Assembly (NCBI GenBank): GCA_964543655.1
Contig: CAZIZE010000058.1
Coordinates: 1 to 55,567, forward strand
Origin: an uncultured bacterium
GTDB lineage: Bacteria > DYJV01
Direction: 5' to 3'
DNA: 55,567 nucleotides
Below the pieces are notes generated by a model. That model made no database searches. It saw nothing but the letters and a program-made list of their open reading frames with translations, and was not told the origin of the DNA. The translations under genes and the position numbers were made by a program. Below, piece by piece: positions 7,076 to 17,943 of this stretch (position 1 is its first letter; each line of letters starts with the position of its first letter).

Positions 7076-7819
7076 TTAATTCCCTTGTTTAACTACCTCC
7101 AACATTCCAAAGCCTTGAGATCTTTTTGCTCCAATCCCTGCATCATAGAGCATCTGTAATATTTTTACTGGTGATTTTATTGTGATTATTCCTTTGTTTG
7201 CTATTTCATTTCCATAGAGGCTTACCTTTTTTGATTCAAATTTCATTGAAATAATCTCAAATTCTTCTCTTTTAAGTTCATAATTTAAAAAATTTCTTGA
7301 AAGCGATTTTACATTGTAAAATAGATTTTCTTTAAAATCTGGATGATTTGCCTTTAAAAAACCTTTGCCTTTTTTATTTTCAATATGTCTAACTAAAATT
7401 GGTGAAAGGGTTTTAAAAGTAACTGTATCATTGCTTATCTTTTTTTGTTTAATATAAAAAAAATCTCTTATTTCAATGTTATTGTTTAAAAAATTAAGTT
7501 TTTTACCTTTTAACTTATGAAGGCCATTATACACAGTGATTAAAAATTCATAAGAAAAAGATGAAAAAAACAGATTGATGATATTTGATGAAAGGACAAT
7601 TTTACCTTTTTCTCTTTGATTTTCAGCAACATGTAAAAAAACAGAAAAGGTGAAGGGTTTCTGCAAATTTTTTAATCTATTATCATAATACAAATTATAT
7701 ATAGCACTGTTTTCAGCAAGTATTGCTTCTTTAATAAGTGACAAGATATGTCTCCTGTAATTAAAAGGAACATAGAGCTTGTCACTTTTATTTAAATAAA
7801 TTTTTACACCAAATCTCAA
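7076..7819 (-). CDS. cas6: CRISPR endoribonuclease Cas6
   Basis: KPFTFS, TLSPI and C-terminal G-loop GIGAKRSQGFG; TTG start after AGGAG. Confidence 0.96.
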   Translation of the reverse strand: MRFGVKIYLNKSDKLYVPFNYRRHILSLIKEAILAENSAIYNLYYDNRLKNLQKPFTFSVFLHVAENQREKGKIVLSSNIINLFFSSFSYEFLITVYNGLHKLKGKKLNFLNNNIEIRDFFYIKQKKISNDTVTFKTLSPILVRHIENKKGKGFLKANHPDFKENLFYNVKSLSRNFLNYELKREEFEIISMKFESKKVSLYGNEIANKGIITIKSPVKILQMLYDAGIGAKRSQGFGMLEVVKQGN

Positions 7820-7885
7820 AAAATTCTCCTGTTTTTACATAATATTACCTCACTTTTCTTGATAGAATTTTTCCATGACCATATT

Positions 7886-8902
7886 TTACATATAATCCCT
7901 TATCAAAACTTCTGCTATTTGGACTGCATTTAAAGCAGCACCTTTTCTAACATTGTCAGCAACAACCCACATATTTATTCCATTTTCTATTGAAAAATCT
8001 TCCCTAATTCTACCAACATACACTGGGTCTGTGCCAGCTGCATCAATTGGCAAAGGATAAACATTTTCCTCTACATTATCAACAAGAACCACTCCTGAAG
8101 CATTTTTCATCAAATCTTTAACCTCATCTGCTGTTAATTTGGATTCTGTTTCAATATTAACAGACTCTGAATGGCCATAAAATACAGGCACCCTAACAGT
8201 AGTTGCAGTAACCTCAATAGAATTATCACCCATTATTTTCTTTGTCTCATTAACCATTTTCATCTCTTCCTTAGTATAACCATTATCAAGAAAAACATCT
8301 ATGTGAGGCAAACAGTTAAAAGCTATTTGATGAGGATAAACTTTTGAAACTATCTCTTTTTGATTGAAAATAGCAGTAGTTTGGTTGGCAAGCTCCTCAA
8401 TAGCTTTGTATCCACTACCAGAAACTGCTTGATATGTGGAGACAACTATTCTTTTAATCTTTGCTTTATCATGTATTGGCTTTAGAGGTACTACCATCTG
8501 AATTGTGGAGCAATTAGGATTAGCAATAATATTTCTATTTTTATAATTTGCAATATCGTGTGGATTCACCTCTGGTACAACTAAAGGAATATCTGGCTCC
8601 ATTCTCCATGCACTGCTGTTATCAATAACCACTGTACCATATTCAGCAGCAATTGGTGCAAATTCTTTGCTAATTGCACCACCAGCTGAAAAAAGAGCAA
8701 TTTCTACACCTTTAAAAGACTCTTTTTTTAGTTTTTCCACTTTAACCTTTTCCCCTTTAAATTCAACAACTTTCCCTTCTGACCTTTCTGATGCAAGTAA
8801 CTTAATCTCATTTACAGGAAAGTCCCTCTCTTCTAAAATCTCTCTCATTGTTTTGCCAACTTCACCTGTGGCACCAACAACTGCAACATTGAATTTTTTC
8901 AT
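7886..8902 (-). CDS. asd: Aspartate-semialdehyde dehydrogenase
   Basis: VVGATGEVG, IIANPNCSTIQ, STYQAVSG, DNVRKGAALN. Confidence 0.98.
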   Translation of the reverse strand: MKKFNVAVVGATGEVGKTMREILEERDFPVNEIKLLASERSEGKVVEFKGEKVKVEKLKKESFKGVEIALFSAGGAISKEFAPIAAEYGTVVIDNSSAWRMEPDIPLVVPEVNPHDIANYKNRNIIANPNCSTIQMVVPLKPIHDKAKIKRIVVSTYQAVSGSGYKAIEELANQTTAIFNQKEIVSKVYPHQIAFNCLPHIDVFLDNGYTKEEMKMVNETKKIMGDNSIEVTATTVRVPVFYGHSESVNIETESKLTADEVKDLMKNASGVVLVDNVEENVYPLPIDAAGTDPVYVGRIREDFSIENGINMWVVADNVRKGAALNAVQIAEVLIRDYM

Positions 8903-8921
8903 TTTTCCCTCCATCTATTTT

Positions 8922-9380
8922 TTAATTTAAGATTTTAATCATTGCAACTTCATCACAATCTGGAAATTTCGGGCAATTTACACATTCTGCCCATACTTTA
9001 TGTGGCAAAATTTTTTTATCAACTATTTCAAATCCTTGTGATTTAAAAAAATCAATCTGATAGGTTAACACAAAAATTCTTTTCAATCCTAATTCAATTG
9101 CATCTTTAACACAGGCATCAGACAAAATTTTACCATAACCTTTTTTTAAAAACTTCTCTTTTACACAAATAGACCTAATCTCTCCTAAATCTTCCCAACA
9201 AACATGAAGAGCAGCAATACCCACTATCTCACCATTACTCTGTTCCAATATTTTAAAATCCCTTATATTATCATAAATATTGCTAAGTGTTCTTAAAAGT
9301 AGCAAACCCTTTTTACTATAAAATTGTAAAAGCTCATAAATTGCTTTTGCATCATGAACAGTTGCATTTCTAAGATTCAT
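8922..9380 (-). CDS. GNAT N-acetyltransferase (short ArgA-like amino-acid N-acetyltransferase)
   Basis: ALHVCWEDLGEIRS, FVLTYQ, LPHKVWAECVNCPKFPDCDE. Confidence 0.85.
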   Translation of the reverse strand: MNLRNATVHDAKAIYELLQFYSKKGLLLLRTLSNIYDNIRDFKILEQSNGEIVGIAALHVCWEDLGEIRSICVKEKFLKKGYGKILSDACVKDAIELGLKRIFVLTYQIDFFKSQGFEIVDKKILPHKVWAECVNCPKFPDCDEVAMIKILN

Positions 9381-11004
9381 TGCTCATCCCCAATTGAAGC
9401 AGTTCTTTTGCATTTGCAATTGCCTTTTCTGTAACAGTATCACCTGAAATCATTCTTGCTATTTCAGTTATCTTTTCATCTGGTGTTAATTTTTTAATTT
9501 TACTAATAGCTTTATTTTCTTTTATAATCTTTTCTATTTTATAATGTGAGTCAGAAAATGCTGCTACCTGCGGCAGATGTGTAATTGCAAAAACTTGATG
9601 TTTTTTGGCTATCTCCTTTAATTTTCTGCCAATTGCAAATGCAACTTCTCCACCAGTGCCACTGTCAACCTCATCAAAAATTAATACAGGTATTTTTAAA
9701 TAATCACTTAAAACAGTTTTAATTGCCAGCATAATCCTTGAAAGCTCACCACCTGATACTATTTTATTAAGTGGTTTCAATGGCTCTCCAACATTGGTTG
9801 AAATTAGATACTCAACATCATCAATACCATTTTCTGAAAAATCTTCTAATTTTTCAAAATGAATTTTAAACTCCACCTTCCCCATTTTTAAATCTTCAAG
9901 ATGCCTTTTCACTTCCAACTGAAGCCTATCTGCCATCTCTTTTCTTTTTTGAGAAAGAGCTGCTGCTTTTTCATTTAAAATTTTAAGTAACTGCTCCTTC
10001 TCCTTTTTTAACTTCTCTATGTCAAAAAAAATATTTTCAAGATTGCTAATCTCCTCTTCCAGCCTATCCTTTAATTTGATTAATTCTTTTATACTTGACT
10101 TATTAAATCTCTTTTTTAATTTATTTATTAAATTTTGCCTCTCATACAGTTCATCAAGAGACATTTCAATATCATTAAAATCTCCTAACTCTGCAACTAT
10201 TAACTTTTCTACTTCTTCAAGATTGATTTCAACATCTGATAAAATATTAAAAATTTCTTTAAACCTCTCTTTAAAATTTGAAATATCAGAAAAATCCCTC
10301 TTTACTTCATCAATCTTTTTTACAATTGAATTATCATGTTCAAACAGCTCATAATATCCTGAATTTAAAACCTGCTTAATCTTTTCATAATTCTCTGCAA
10401 CCTCTATATTTCGGCGAATCTGCTCCTCTTCATCAATGTTTAACAGAGACGCTTTTTCTAAAATTTTTAAATCTTCTATTACTTCGCCTTTTCTTAAATT
10501 AACTTCTGATTCCTTTTTCAAAAGCTCATTAAGACTACTACTAACTGCTTTATAGCTTTTATAAGCTGAATAATATTCAAATAGATACTCTTTTAGATTC
10601 CCAAAAATATCAATAAATTTTAACTGCTCTAATCTGTTAAAAAGTATCTGGTTTTGATTCTGTCCTGAAAATTCAATAAAATTTTTTGTTAATTCTTTTA
10701 ATTCATTTAAAGATGCAAATTTTCCATTAATAAAAACCTTACCCCTTCCATCTCTAACTATTTCTCGTCTAATAACTATATCCTCATCATTATTCCAGAA
10801 AATCGCCTCTACTTCTCCAGTAGTGGCACTTGCCCTTAAAATTTCTGTGGGGCTTAATTTTTTCCCAAGTAAAAGAAGTATTGAATTTAAAAAAACAGAT
10901 TTACCAGCACCTGTTTCACCAGTAATAATGTTTAAGCCTTTATCAAAATCTATTTCAATATTATCAATAATTGAAATATTTCTTACCCTAACAGAGCTTA
11001 ACAT
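9370..11004 (-). CDS. recN: DNA repair protein RecN
   Basis: TGETGAGKS, SGGELSR, DEVDSG, ITHLPQVA; ATG at 11004 overlaps the nadK stop (TAATG). Confidence 0.97.
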   Translation of the reverse strand: MLSSVRVRNISIIDNIEIDFDKGLNIITGETGAGKSVFLNSILLLLGKKLSPTEILRASATTGEVEAIFWNNDEDIVIRREIVRDGRGKVFINGKFASLNELKELTKNFIEFSGQNQNQILFNRLEQLKFIDIFGNLKEYLFEYYSAYKSYKAVSSSLNELLKKESEVNLRKGEVIEDLKILEKASLLNIDEEEQIRRNIEVAENYEKIKQVLNSGYYELFEHDNSIVKKIDEVKRDFSDISNFKERFKEIFNILSDVEINLEEVEKLIVAELGDFNDIEMSLDELYERQNLINKLKKRFNKSSIKELIKLKDRLEEEISNLENIFFDIEKLKKEKEQLLKILNEKAAALSQKRKEMADRLQLEVKRHLEDLKMGKVEFKIHFEKLEDFSENGIDDVEYLISTNVGEPLKPLNKIVSGGELSRIMLAIKTVLSDYLKIPVLIFDEVDSGTGGEVAFAIGRKLKEIAKKHQVFAITHLPQVAAFSDSHYKIEKIIKENKAISKIKKLTPDEKITEIARMISGDTVTEKAIANAKELLQLGMSNES

Positions 11005-11870
11005 TAAAAAATGCCCCATTTAAGCTTATTTCTCAATAATTCAAAATAATCTTTTTTAGGATGCTTTAAAATATAAGTTTTTTTGGGAGATTTCTGAATT
11101 TTAATTAAATCTTCATTCTTAACAGGAATCCCTATCTGACCATCAAGTGTAGCAAGCACATCACTGTCATGTGAATTAACCTTTACTTCAACAATATCAT
11201 CACCTGAAACTACTATTGGCCTATGAGTAAGGGTATGAGGGCAAATTGGTGTAATAATAATTGAATTTAAATCAGGGTAAAGAATAGGTCCTCCTGCTGA
11301 AAGCGAGTAAGCAGTTGAACCTGTGGGAGTAGCTATAATAAGTCCATCAGCTCTATATGTTGTTAGATATTTGTTGTTAATTGAAGTCTCTATATTTATA
11401 ATTCTTGCAAGTGCACCTTTATTAATCACAACATCATTTAACACAGTATATTCATTTAATTTTTTATTGTTTCTAAAAATTTCAGCTTTTAACATCATCC
11501 GTTTATCAATAATACACTTTCCTGTAAATATCGCTTCAAGTGTTGAATAAATTTCTTCAAGTGTTATTTCTGTGAGAAAACCAAGGCTGCCCAAATTTAT
11601 TCCCATTAGTGGAATATCTCTATCAATAATGAGCCTTGCTACTGAAAGAAATGTCCCATCACCACCAAGCACAAATGCAATGTCACACCTTTTGGCTATT
11701 TCCAATCTCGTATATTTAGAGAGATTCAATTTTGAAGAAACTTCATCTTCAGCAAGCACCTCAATATCCTTTTTTAACAACCATTTTGCAATATTTACAC
11801 CTATATTAATTGCATTTTCCTGTCCTTGCTTAATAAAAATCCCTATTCTTTTAAAATCTTTATAAGCCAT
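11004..11870 (-). CDS. nadK: NAD+ kinase
   Basis: GGDGT, GSLGFL, NDVV, TPTGSTAYSLSAGGP. Confidence 0.98.
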   Translation of the reverse strand: MAYKDFKRIGIFIKQGQENAINIGVNIAKWLLKKDIEVLAEDEVSSKLNLSKYTRLEIAKRCDIAFVLGGDGTFLSVARLIIDRDIPLMGINLGSLGFLTEITLEEIYSTLEAIFTGKCIIDKRMMLKAEIFRNNKKLNEYTVLNDVVINKGALARIINIETSINNKYLTTYRADGLIIATPTGSTAYSLSAGGPILYPDLNSIIITPICPHTLTHRPIVVSGDDIVEVKVNSHDSDVLATLDGQIGIPVKNEDLIKIQKSPKKTYILKHPKKDYFELLRNKLKWGIF

Positions 11871-11871
11871 A

Positions 11872-13350
11872 CTATTTCCTTAACTGAAAACAATTTATTT
11901 TGTAAAAGCTATTATAAAATGTATTTACAACGTACGCTGCAACAGGGTAGGAGGATTTAATCTCTGCCCAATAAACAGTGGAGTTGTCACTATTTAAAAT
12001 ATCTGGAATTTTAATAGAATGAAAATCATTTTTGGCAAGCTCAAAGATTTTTTTTGAAATAAATTTACCATTGTAATTAAAAAAAGATACTGAAATATTG
12101 TTACTATAATCTGAGTCATTTGAAATAAATAGATACGCAACTGAGTAATTATCTAAATTTACCAGTAAAGGCACTGCCATATCAGTACCTGTTAACTCAA
12201 CATTGTAGGGGATAATTGAAGAGATAATGTTGTAACTGTTGTCAATAACAAGAAGTAATGGTGAAAAAATTGTTGAATCAGAAGTTATCTGAAGCTGTGT
12301 AACATTATCTATTGTGTTTATTGCCATGCTTTTTGCATTAATTGTGTAATCTTTTGAACTATTGTCTATTAAATTTTTAACAGTTACACTACCCTGACTA
12401 TCAGTATAATTGGTCATTATCAATGCTGTTATACTGTTACCAGAATTAAGATATGGAAACTTGTAAATGTATGAAGATTGAACAACAGAGACATTTAGAG
12501 TAAATTTATCAACTGTCTGAAGAGTGCTATTATAGATGTAAAGATATATTGTCCCTTTATAATTTATCCTGTTCCCATCTATTTTAAGCTGAAAATCAGT
12601 GTAAGAGCCATTATCAAGAAAATATTCTTTACCAGACATTGCAGCAGCAGTTATATTGGTATTATCATTAAAAATTTCAAAAGAATCTGTTGGTAATTGG
12701 GAATCTACAAGTTTTATAATAAAGCTTCCAAGAATATTTCCTCTATTTTTTACCCTAAAATTTAGATAATATCTCTGATTTTTATTAACAAAAAGAGTAT
12801 AGGAACTTGAAGTTGTGTTATATTCATAATTGCCTATAGTTGTGCCATTATCTAAAAGTAGCGAAAGGTCAAAATTACTTTGTTGAACAACATTTACATT
12901 AACAGTAAAAGAGTCAGCAAGGTTATTAGTTTCAATTGCACTTATAATAAAAGGGTATGTAACAGCTTCAGCACCATCAGGTGGCTTAACATATAGGTCA
13001 AAATCAAGTGAAGAGTTATCTGACATAATATCTGTAGCCCAGGTGCCTGTGTATTTTTCTCCTTTGTAAACAATATAGTAATCCCACTCTGTTGAAGGTG
13101 GAGTGAAACTAACAGGATAAATCTGCTCTTTAGTAGTTGATGCATTATCAGGATCATTGTCAATGGTAAGTGAAATTTTATTATATTTACCTGCAATAGC
13201 ATTGTAAAGTGTAGCTTCACCGCCGCCACCTAAACCAAATGTACCGTAAAGGTTATCTCCTATGCTACCTATTCTTAAATCTGGTCTTGCAATCAATAAA
13301 GTGGAAAAAGTTAAAAATAAGATAAAAGTTGCAAAAAATTTTTTAATCAT
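11872..13350 (-). CDS. Secreted beta-rich hypothetical protein (possible surface glycoprotein)
   Basis: Signal peptide [24 protein letters not shown]-rich; many N-x-S/T sequons. Confidence 0.8.
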   Translation of the reverse strand: MIKKFFATFILFLTFSTLLIARPDLRIGSIGDNLYGTFGLGGGGEATLYNAIAGKYNKISLTIDNDPDNASTTKEQIYPVSFTPPSTEWDYYIVYKGEKYTGTWATDIMSDNSSLDFDLYVKPPDGAEAVTYPFIISAIETNNLADSFTVNVNVVQQSNFDLSLLLDNGTTIGNYEYNTTSSSYTLFVNKNQRYYLNFRVKNRGNILGSFIIKLVDSQLPTDSFEIFNDNTNITAAAMSGKEYFLDNGSYTDFQLKIDGNRINYKGTIYLYIYNSTLQTVDKFTLNVSVVQSSYIYKFPYLNSGNSITALIMTNYTDSQGSVTVKNLIDNSSKDYTINAKSMAINTIDNVTQLQITSDSTIFSPLLLVIDNSYNIISSIIPYNVELTGTDMAVPLLVNLDNYSVAYLFISNDSDYSNNISVSFFNYNGKFISKKIFELAKNDFHSIKIPDILNSDNSTVYWAEIKSSYPVAAYVVNTFYNSFYKINCFQLRK

Positions 13351-14677
13351 TTAAAATTTCTCCTTTTAAGGAGTTTTGAAATCCTTTTAAAATTTTTACA
13401 TTTACAAAAGTGCCCAACAGCTCTTTTCCCCCTGAAAAATTCACTATTCTATTATCCTCTGTTCTCCCTGTAAGCTCATTTTTATCCCTTTTGCTCTTAC
13501 CATCAACAAGCACTCTAAATATTTTCCCTTCTGCATTAATATTATGTTTTAATGTAATTTTTTTCTGGATATTTTGCAAGATTTTTAATCTTTCCTTTTT
13601 AACATCCTCCTGAACATTATCTATATCTGAAAATTTTGAAAAAGGCCTTGGTGAATATTTAAATGAAAAAGATGAAAGATATTCAAGCTCTTTTACAATA
13701 TTAACAGTCTCCTGAAAATCCTCATTATCTTCAAAAGGGAACCCCACAATTATATCAGTTGTGAATTTTATATTCTCAACTCTTTTCTTCAATTTTTCAA
13801 CAATATTAAGATAATCTTCTTTACTATATTTCCTGTTCATTAATTTCAAAATTTTATTTGAGCCAGATTGAAGTGGTAAATGTATCTGCTTGCAAACTTT
13901 ATCTATTTCTGCAATTGCATCTATTAATTCATTGCTAAAATCCTTTGGGTGAGATGTTGTAAATCTAATTCTCTCTATTCCATCCACTTTACTTAACTTG
14001 TATAAAAGCTCAGGAAAAGATATTTCATTCTTATTCTTCTTCCCATATGAATTAACATTTTGGCCAAGTAGGGTAATCTCCTTTACACCTCTATTTGCAA
14101 GAAATTTTGCTTCTTCTATAATATCATTGCTTTTTCTGCTATACTCTCTGCCTCTAACAAATGGTACTATACAGTATGTACAAAAATTTTCACAACCTTG
14201 CATAATAGTAATATAAGCTTTAACACCTGTGGAATCGTATGGATCTGTGAATACATTGATTGAATTAATTTTATCATAAAATTCAGTAACAGCAATTTTC
14301 TCTTTTTTGACAATTACCTGATTTAAAATAGAAGGAATTTTATCTATATTATGAGTACCAGCCACAAAGTCAATGTATGGGCTTTTATTTAGTAATTCCT
14401 CTCCATATTCCTGGGCAACACAGCCTATTACACCAACAATTTTTCCTTTTCTTCCTATTCTCCCAACTTCACTAAACACTTTATGCTCAGGCTTCTCTCT
14501 AACACTACATGTATTTAAAATTACAATATCTGAATCTAAAAGAGATGGATTATAAAAAAAATTCCCACTTTCAGTAAGAATTTTTTTTAATTGAATTGAG
14601 TCATTTTCATTCATCTGGCAGCCAAATGTAATTATATGAAAGGTGTATTTCCTCATATATTTAGAAGATAAATTCAA
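13343..14677 (-). CDS. miaB: tRNA-2-methylthio-N6-dimethylallyladenosine synthase
   Basis: [22 protein letters not shown] radical SAM motif, C-terminal TRAM domain; start may be 14656. Confidence 0.96.
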   Translation of the reverse strand: MNLSSKYMRKYTFHIITFGCQMNENDSIQLKKILTESGNFFYNPSLLDSDIVILNTCSVREKPEHKVFSEVGRIGRKGKIVGVIGCVAQEYGEELLNKSPYIDFVAGTHNIDKIPSILNQVIVKKEKIAVTEFYDKINSINVFTDPYDSTGVKAYITIMQGCENFCTYCIVPFVRGREYSRKSNDIIEEAKFLANRGVKEITLLGQNVNSYGKKNKNEISFPELLYKLSKVDGIERIRFTTSHPKDFSNELIDAIAEIDKVCKQIHLPLQSGSNKILKLMNRKYSKEDYLNIVEKLKKRVENIKFTTDIIVGFPFEDNEDFQETVNIVKELEYLSSFSFKYSPRPFSKFSDIDNVQEDVKKERLKILQNIQKKITLKHNINAEGKIFRVLVDGKSKRDKNELTGRTEDNRIVNFSGGKELLGTFVNVKILKGFQNSLKGEILND

Positions 14678-16424
14678 ATTTTTTAAATTTCTCTTTCATA
14701 ATATTTTTTAAATTTTTCTCAATAGATGTGCAATCTTCCAGTTCTTTGATTTTATTATATATTTCTTCAGCTTCTTTTAAAGTCATATTGCAGATAATCT
14801 CCTTAACAAACGGTATTGCAACAGGGTTCATACTAAGAGTATCTATTTTTAATGCAAGTAACAGAGGTACATAGATAACCTCTCCTGCCATTTCACCGCA
14901 CATAGCAACAGGTATATTTGCACTTTTAGCTGCTTTAACTGTAAGCTCAATTAATCTAAGTACTGCTGGATGAGCAGGCTCATACAGGTAGCTTACATCC
15001 TGATTTAATCTATCTATTGCAAGTGTGTATTGAATAAGATCATTTGTACCTATACTGAAAAAATCAACATATTTTGCAAAAATATCAGCAATAACAGCAG
15101 TTGATGGGATTTCCACCATAATTCCAACAGGAACATTGTCTTTAAATTCTTTCTGCTCATCTTTTAGCTCAGCTTTGCACTCATCTATAATATCTTTTAT
15201 TGCAAAAACTTCTTTAATACCAGAAACCATTGGAATAAGCATTTTAATATTACCATAGAGAGCTGCTCTAAAAATACCTTTTAGTTGAGCTTTAAAAATC
15301 TCTTTTTCTTTAAGGCAAAACCTAATTGCCCTTAAACCCATAGCAGGGTTAAGCTCAACTTCATTATAATTTTTCAAAAATTTATCACCACCAACATCAA
15401 GGGTTCTAACCACAATTTCTCTATTTTGAAACTTCTCTGCAAGATCCCTGTAAACTTCAAAATGCTCATCTTCTGTTGGTAATTTCTCTTTATCAAGATA
15501 GAGATACTCTGTTCTAAAAAGCCCAATACCTTCACCACCATGGTCAATAACACTCTCAATTTCATTGGGCATTTCTATATTTCCAAAAATGTTAACTTTG
15601 TATCCATCTCTTGTTATTGCTTCTCTATCTTTTTTCTCCATTAATTTATTTATAAAAAACTCATACTCCTTTTTTCTATTAACAAATCTATCTATAATTT
15701 CATTGTCAGGGTTAATGTAAATAGTACCAGTAAAACCATCAATAATAACATCATCGCCACCATTTACAATATCAGTAATATTCTCCACTCCAACAATAGC
15801 AGGTATTTCATTTGACCTTGCTATAATAGCTGTATGCGAAGTTTTACTACCAACTTCAGTAATAAATCCTTTTATTTTAGAAAAATTCATCTGTATTGTT
15901 TCAGCAGGTGAAAAATCATGCCCAACTAATATAACAGGTTTTTTTATTTCATTTATATCATTGTACTTTTTACCCATTAAACAGTTTAGAACTTTTTGAA
16001 ACACAAAATTTATATCATTTCGCCTTTCTGCAATGTATGGGTCATCCATTTCATCAAACTTTTTTAAAACCTCTTCAAGTGAAATGGATAATGCCCATTC
16101 AGAATTAATCTTTTTATCCTTAATAATATCAACTGTTTTTTTACTAATCATGGAATCATTTAAGAGAAGAAGCTGCATATCAAGGAGTAAAATTTCCTCT
16201 TTGTAAAGATCTTTATTTTTTTTAGAAATTTTATTTTTTATCTCTGTAATTTCCTCTATTGCATTATTAAGACAATTATAGAACTTCTCCACTTCTTCAG
16301 AAACATCATTGTAATTAATCTTTACCTGAGGAATTTTAAGCTTTTCCCTGTCAACAAGAAAAGCTTTGCCAATTGTGATCCCCGGTGATGCGGGAATCCC
16401 TTTTACTTCCTGTGATTTATTCAT
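14661..16424 (-). CDS. ptsI: PTS enzyme I (PEP-protein phosphotransferase)
   Basis: [36 protein letters not shown]. Confidence 0.97.
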   Translation of the reverse strand: MNKSQEVKGIPASPGITIGKAFLVDREKLKIPQVKINYNDVSEEVEKFYNCLNNAIEEITEIKNKISKKNKDLYKEEILLLDMQLLLLNDSMISKKTVDIIKDKKINSEWALSISLEEVLKKFDEMDDPYIAERRNDINFVFQKVLNCLMGKKYNDINEIKKPVILVGHDFSPAETIQMNFSKIKGFITEVGSKTSHTAIIARSNEIPAIVGVENITDIVNGGDDVIIDGFTGTIYINPDNEIIDRFVNRKKEYEFFINKLMEKKDREAITRDGYKVNIFGNIEMPNEIESVIDHGGEGIGLFRTEYLYLDKEKLPTEDEHFEVYRDLAEKFQNREIVVRTLDVGGDKFLKNYNEVELNPAMGLRAIRFCLKEKEIFKAQLKGIFRAALYGNIKMLIPMVSGIKEVFAIKDIIDECKAELKDEQKEFKDNVPVGIMVEIPSTAVIADIFAKYVDFFSIGTNDLIQYTLAIDRLNQDVSYLYEPAHPAVLRLIELTVKAAKSANIPVAMCGEMAGEVIYVPLLLALKIDTLSMNPVAIPFVKEIICNMTLKEAEEIYNKIKELEDCTSIEKNLKNIMKEKFKKFEFIF

Positions 16425-16683
16425 TCTCTCCAAAGCCATTTTCTATTAACTCTCCTAATTCTTTAATTGCTTCATCTTCATCTTCACCAATTGCTATTAA
16501 TGTAATTTTGGTACCTTTTGATGCAGCAAGCATTAGAACGCCCATTATACTTTTTCCACAAACAACAACATTATCTTTTTTTACCTTAATATCTGATTTA
16601 AACTTTGAAGCAAGCTGGACAAATTGAACTGCTGCTCTTGCATGAAAACCCAATTTATTCACAATCTCAAAATCTTTTTCCAT
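16417..16683 (-). CDS. ptsH: Phosphocarrier protein HPr
   Basis: GFHARAA (His15) and KSIMGV (Ser46). Confidence 0.96.
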   Translation of the reverse strand: MEKDFEIVNKLGFHARAAVQFVQLASKFKSDIKVKKDNVVVCGKSIMGVLMLAASKGTKITLIAIGEDEDEAIKELGELIENGFGENE

Positions 16684-16685
16684 TT

Positions 16686-17093
16686 TTAAAAATCACCCTC
16701 CATTAACTTTGATGCTATGCAAATATTCCTTGTGCCATAATTTGCTATAAATTTTGATAACTCAAGAAGAGAATACTCATCCCTAATAAACAACAGCTTC
16801 AGTAACATTGGCAAATTAATACCTGTAACCACTTCAACTTCACCTTCATTTAAAAAAGTAAGTGAAAGATTTGAAGGTGTGCCACCAAACATATCAGTAA
16901 GAATGAGAACTCCATCACCTTTATTTATTTTTTTGATTTTCTTTGCAATAATATCTCTAATCTTTTCAATATTATCCTCTGGAAATACATTTATAAAATC
17001 TACATTATCAAGTTTTTTAGGGTTCATATCTTTTAAAATATTGTAAAAAGTTTCAGGTAAATTTCTGTGACCAATAATTAATATGCCAACCAT
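16686..17093 (-). CDS. PTS EIIA component, mannose/fructose family
   Basis: LIIGH, LTDMFGGTPSN, GINLPML. Confidence 0.93.
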   Translation of the reverse strand: MVGILIIGHRNLPETFYNILKDMNPKKLDNVDFINVFPEDNIEKIRDIIAKKIKKINKGDGVLILTDMFGGTPSNLSLTFLNEGEVEVVTGINLPMLLKLLFIRDEYSLLELSKFIANYGTRNICIASKLMEGDF

Positions 17094-17103
17094 TTTTTCT
17101 CCC

Positions 17104-17943
17104 TTATAAATCTCTGTGTCTTAACACAACTAAATAATTTTTTTCTAAAAGCTTAGATAATCTATTGGCAATGGCAACGGATCTATGAATTCCTCCAGTG
17201 CAGCCTAAGCCAATTATAAGAAAATTTTTCCCCTCATTTTTATATTCAGGAAATAAAAACTCAAATAAATTAAGTAGTTTATTTAAAAAAATTTCAGCTC
17301 TATTATCTGAAAATATATAATTCTGCACCTCTAAATCATTGCCTGTTTTATTTTTTAATTCTGGTACAAAATATGGATTTTTCAAAAATCTCACATCAAA
17401 AATAAGATCACCTTCTGATAAAATTCCATTTTTAAAACCAAATGAAACTAAATTAACTTTAAATGACTCCCTTTTATTTAATGAAAAATTGTTGTAAATA
17501 AACTTTTTCAAACCATGTAGATTAAAATCAGATGTATCAATTATAATTTCAGCTACTTCCTTTAAATAGCTGAGTTTTTCCCTTTCAAGCGTAATTGCTT
17601 TTAAAAAATCACCTTCTTTTAATGGATGATTCCTCCTTGTCTCTTTGAATCTATTCAATATAACTTCATCTTTTGCATCAAGATAAATTATCTTTATAAA
17701 TGGGTAAATCTTTTTTAATTTTTCAAAAGTCTTTTGAAAATAGTCTAAAAATAACTTCTCTCTAATATCAACACCAAGTGCTACCCTGTCCAATTTATTA
17801 TTATACTTAAAAATTACTTCAAAAAAATTTTCAATAAGCACAACTGGCATATTATCAACACAGTAGAAATCAAGATCTTCAAATGCTTTTAAAACTGTGG
17901 TCTTACCTGAACCTGATGTGCCAGTAATTATATAAGCTTCCAT
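17104..17943 (-). CDS. rapZ: RNase adapter RapZ/YvcJ P-loop protein
   Basis: TGTSGSGKT, CVDNMP, ETRRNHP, SFGFK, DVRFL.NP, GCTGGIHRSV. Confidence 0.96.
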   Translation of the reverse strand: MEAYIITGTSGSGKTTVLKAFEDLDFYCVDNMPVVLIENFFEVIFKYNNKLDRVALGVDIREKLFLDYFQKTFEKLKKIYPFIKIIYLDAKDEVILNRFKETRRNHPLKEGDFLKAITLEREKLSYLKEVAEIIIDTSDFNLHGLKKFIYNNFSLNKRESFKVNLVSFGFKNGILSEGDLIFDVRFLKNPYFVPELKNKTGNDLEVQNYIFSDNRAEIFLNKLLNLFEFLFPEYKNEGKNFLIIGLGCTGGIHRSVAIANRLSKLLEKNYLVVLRHRDL

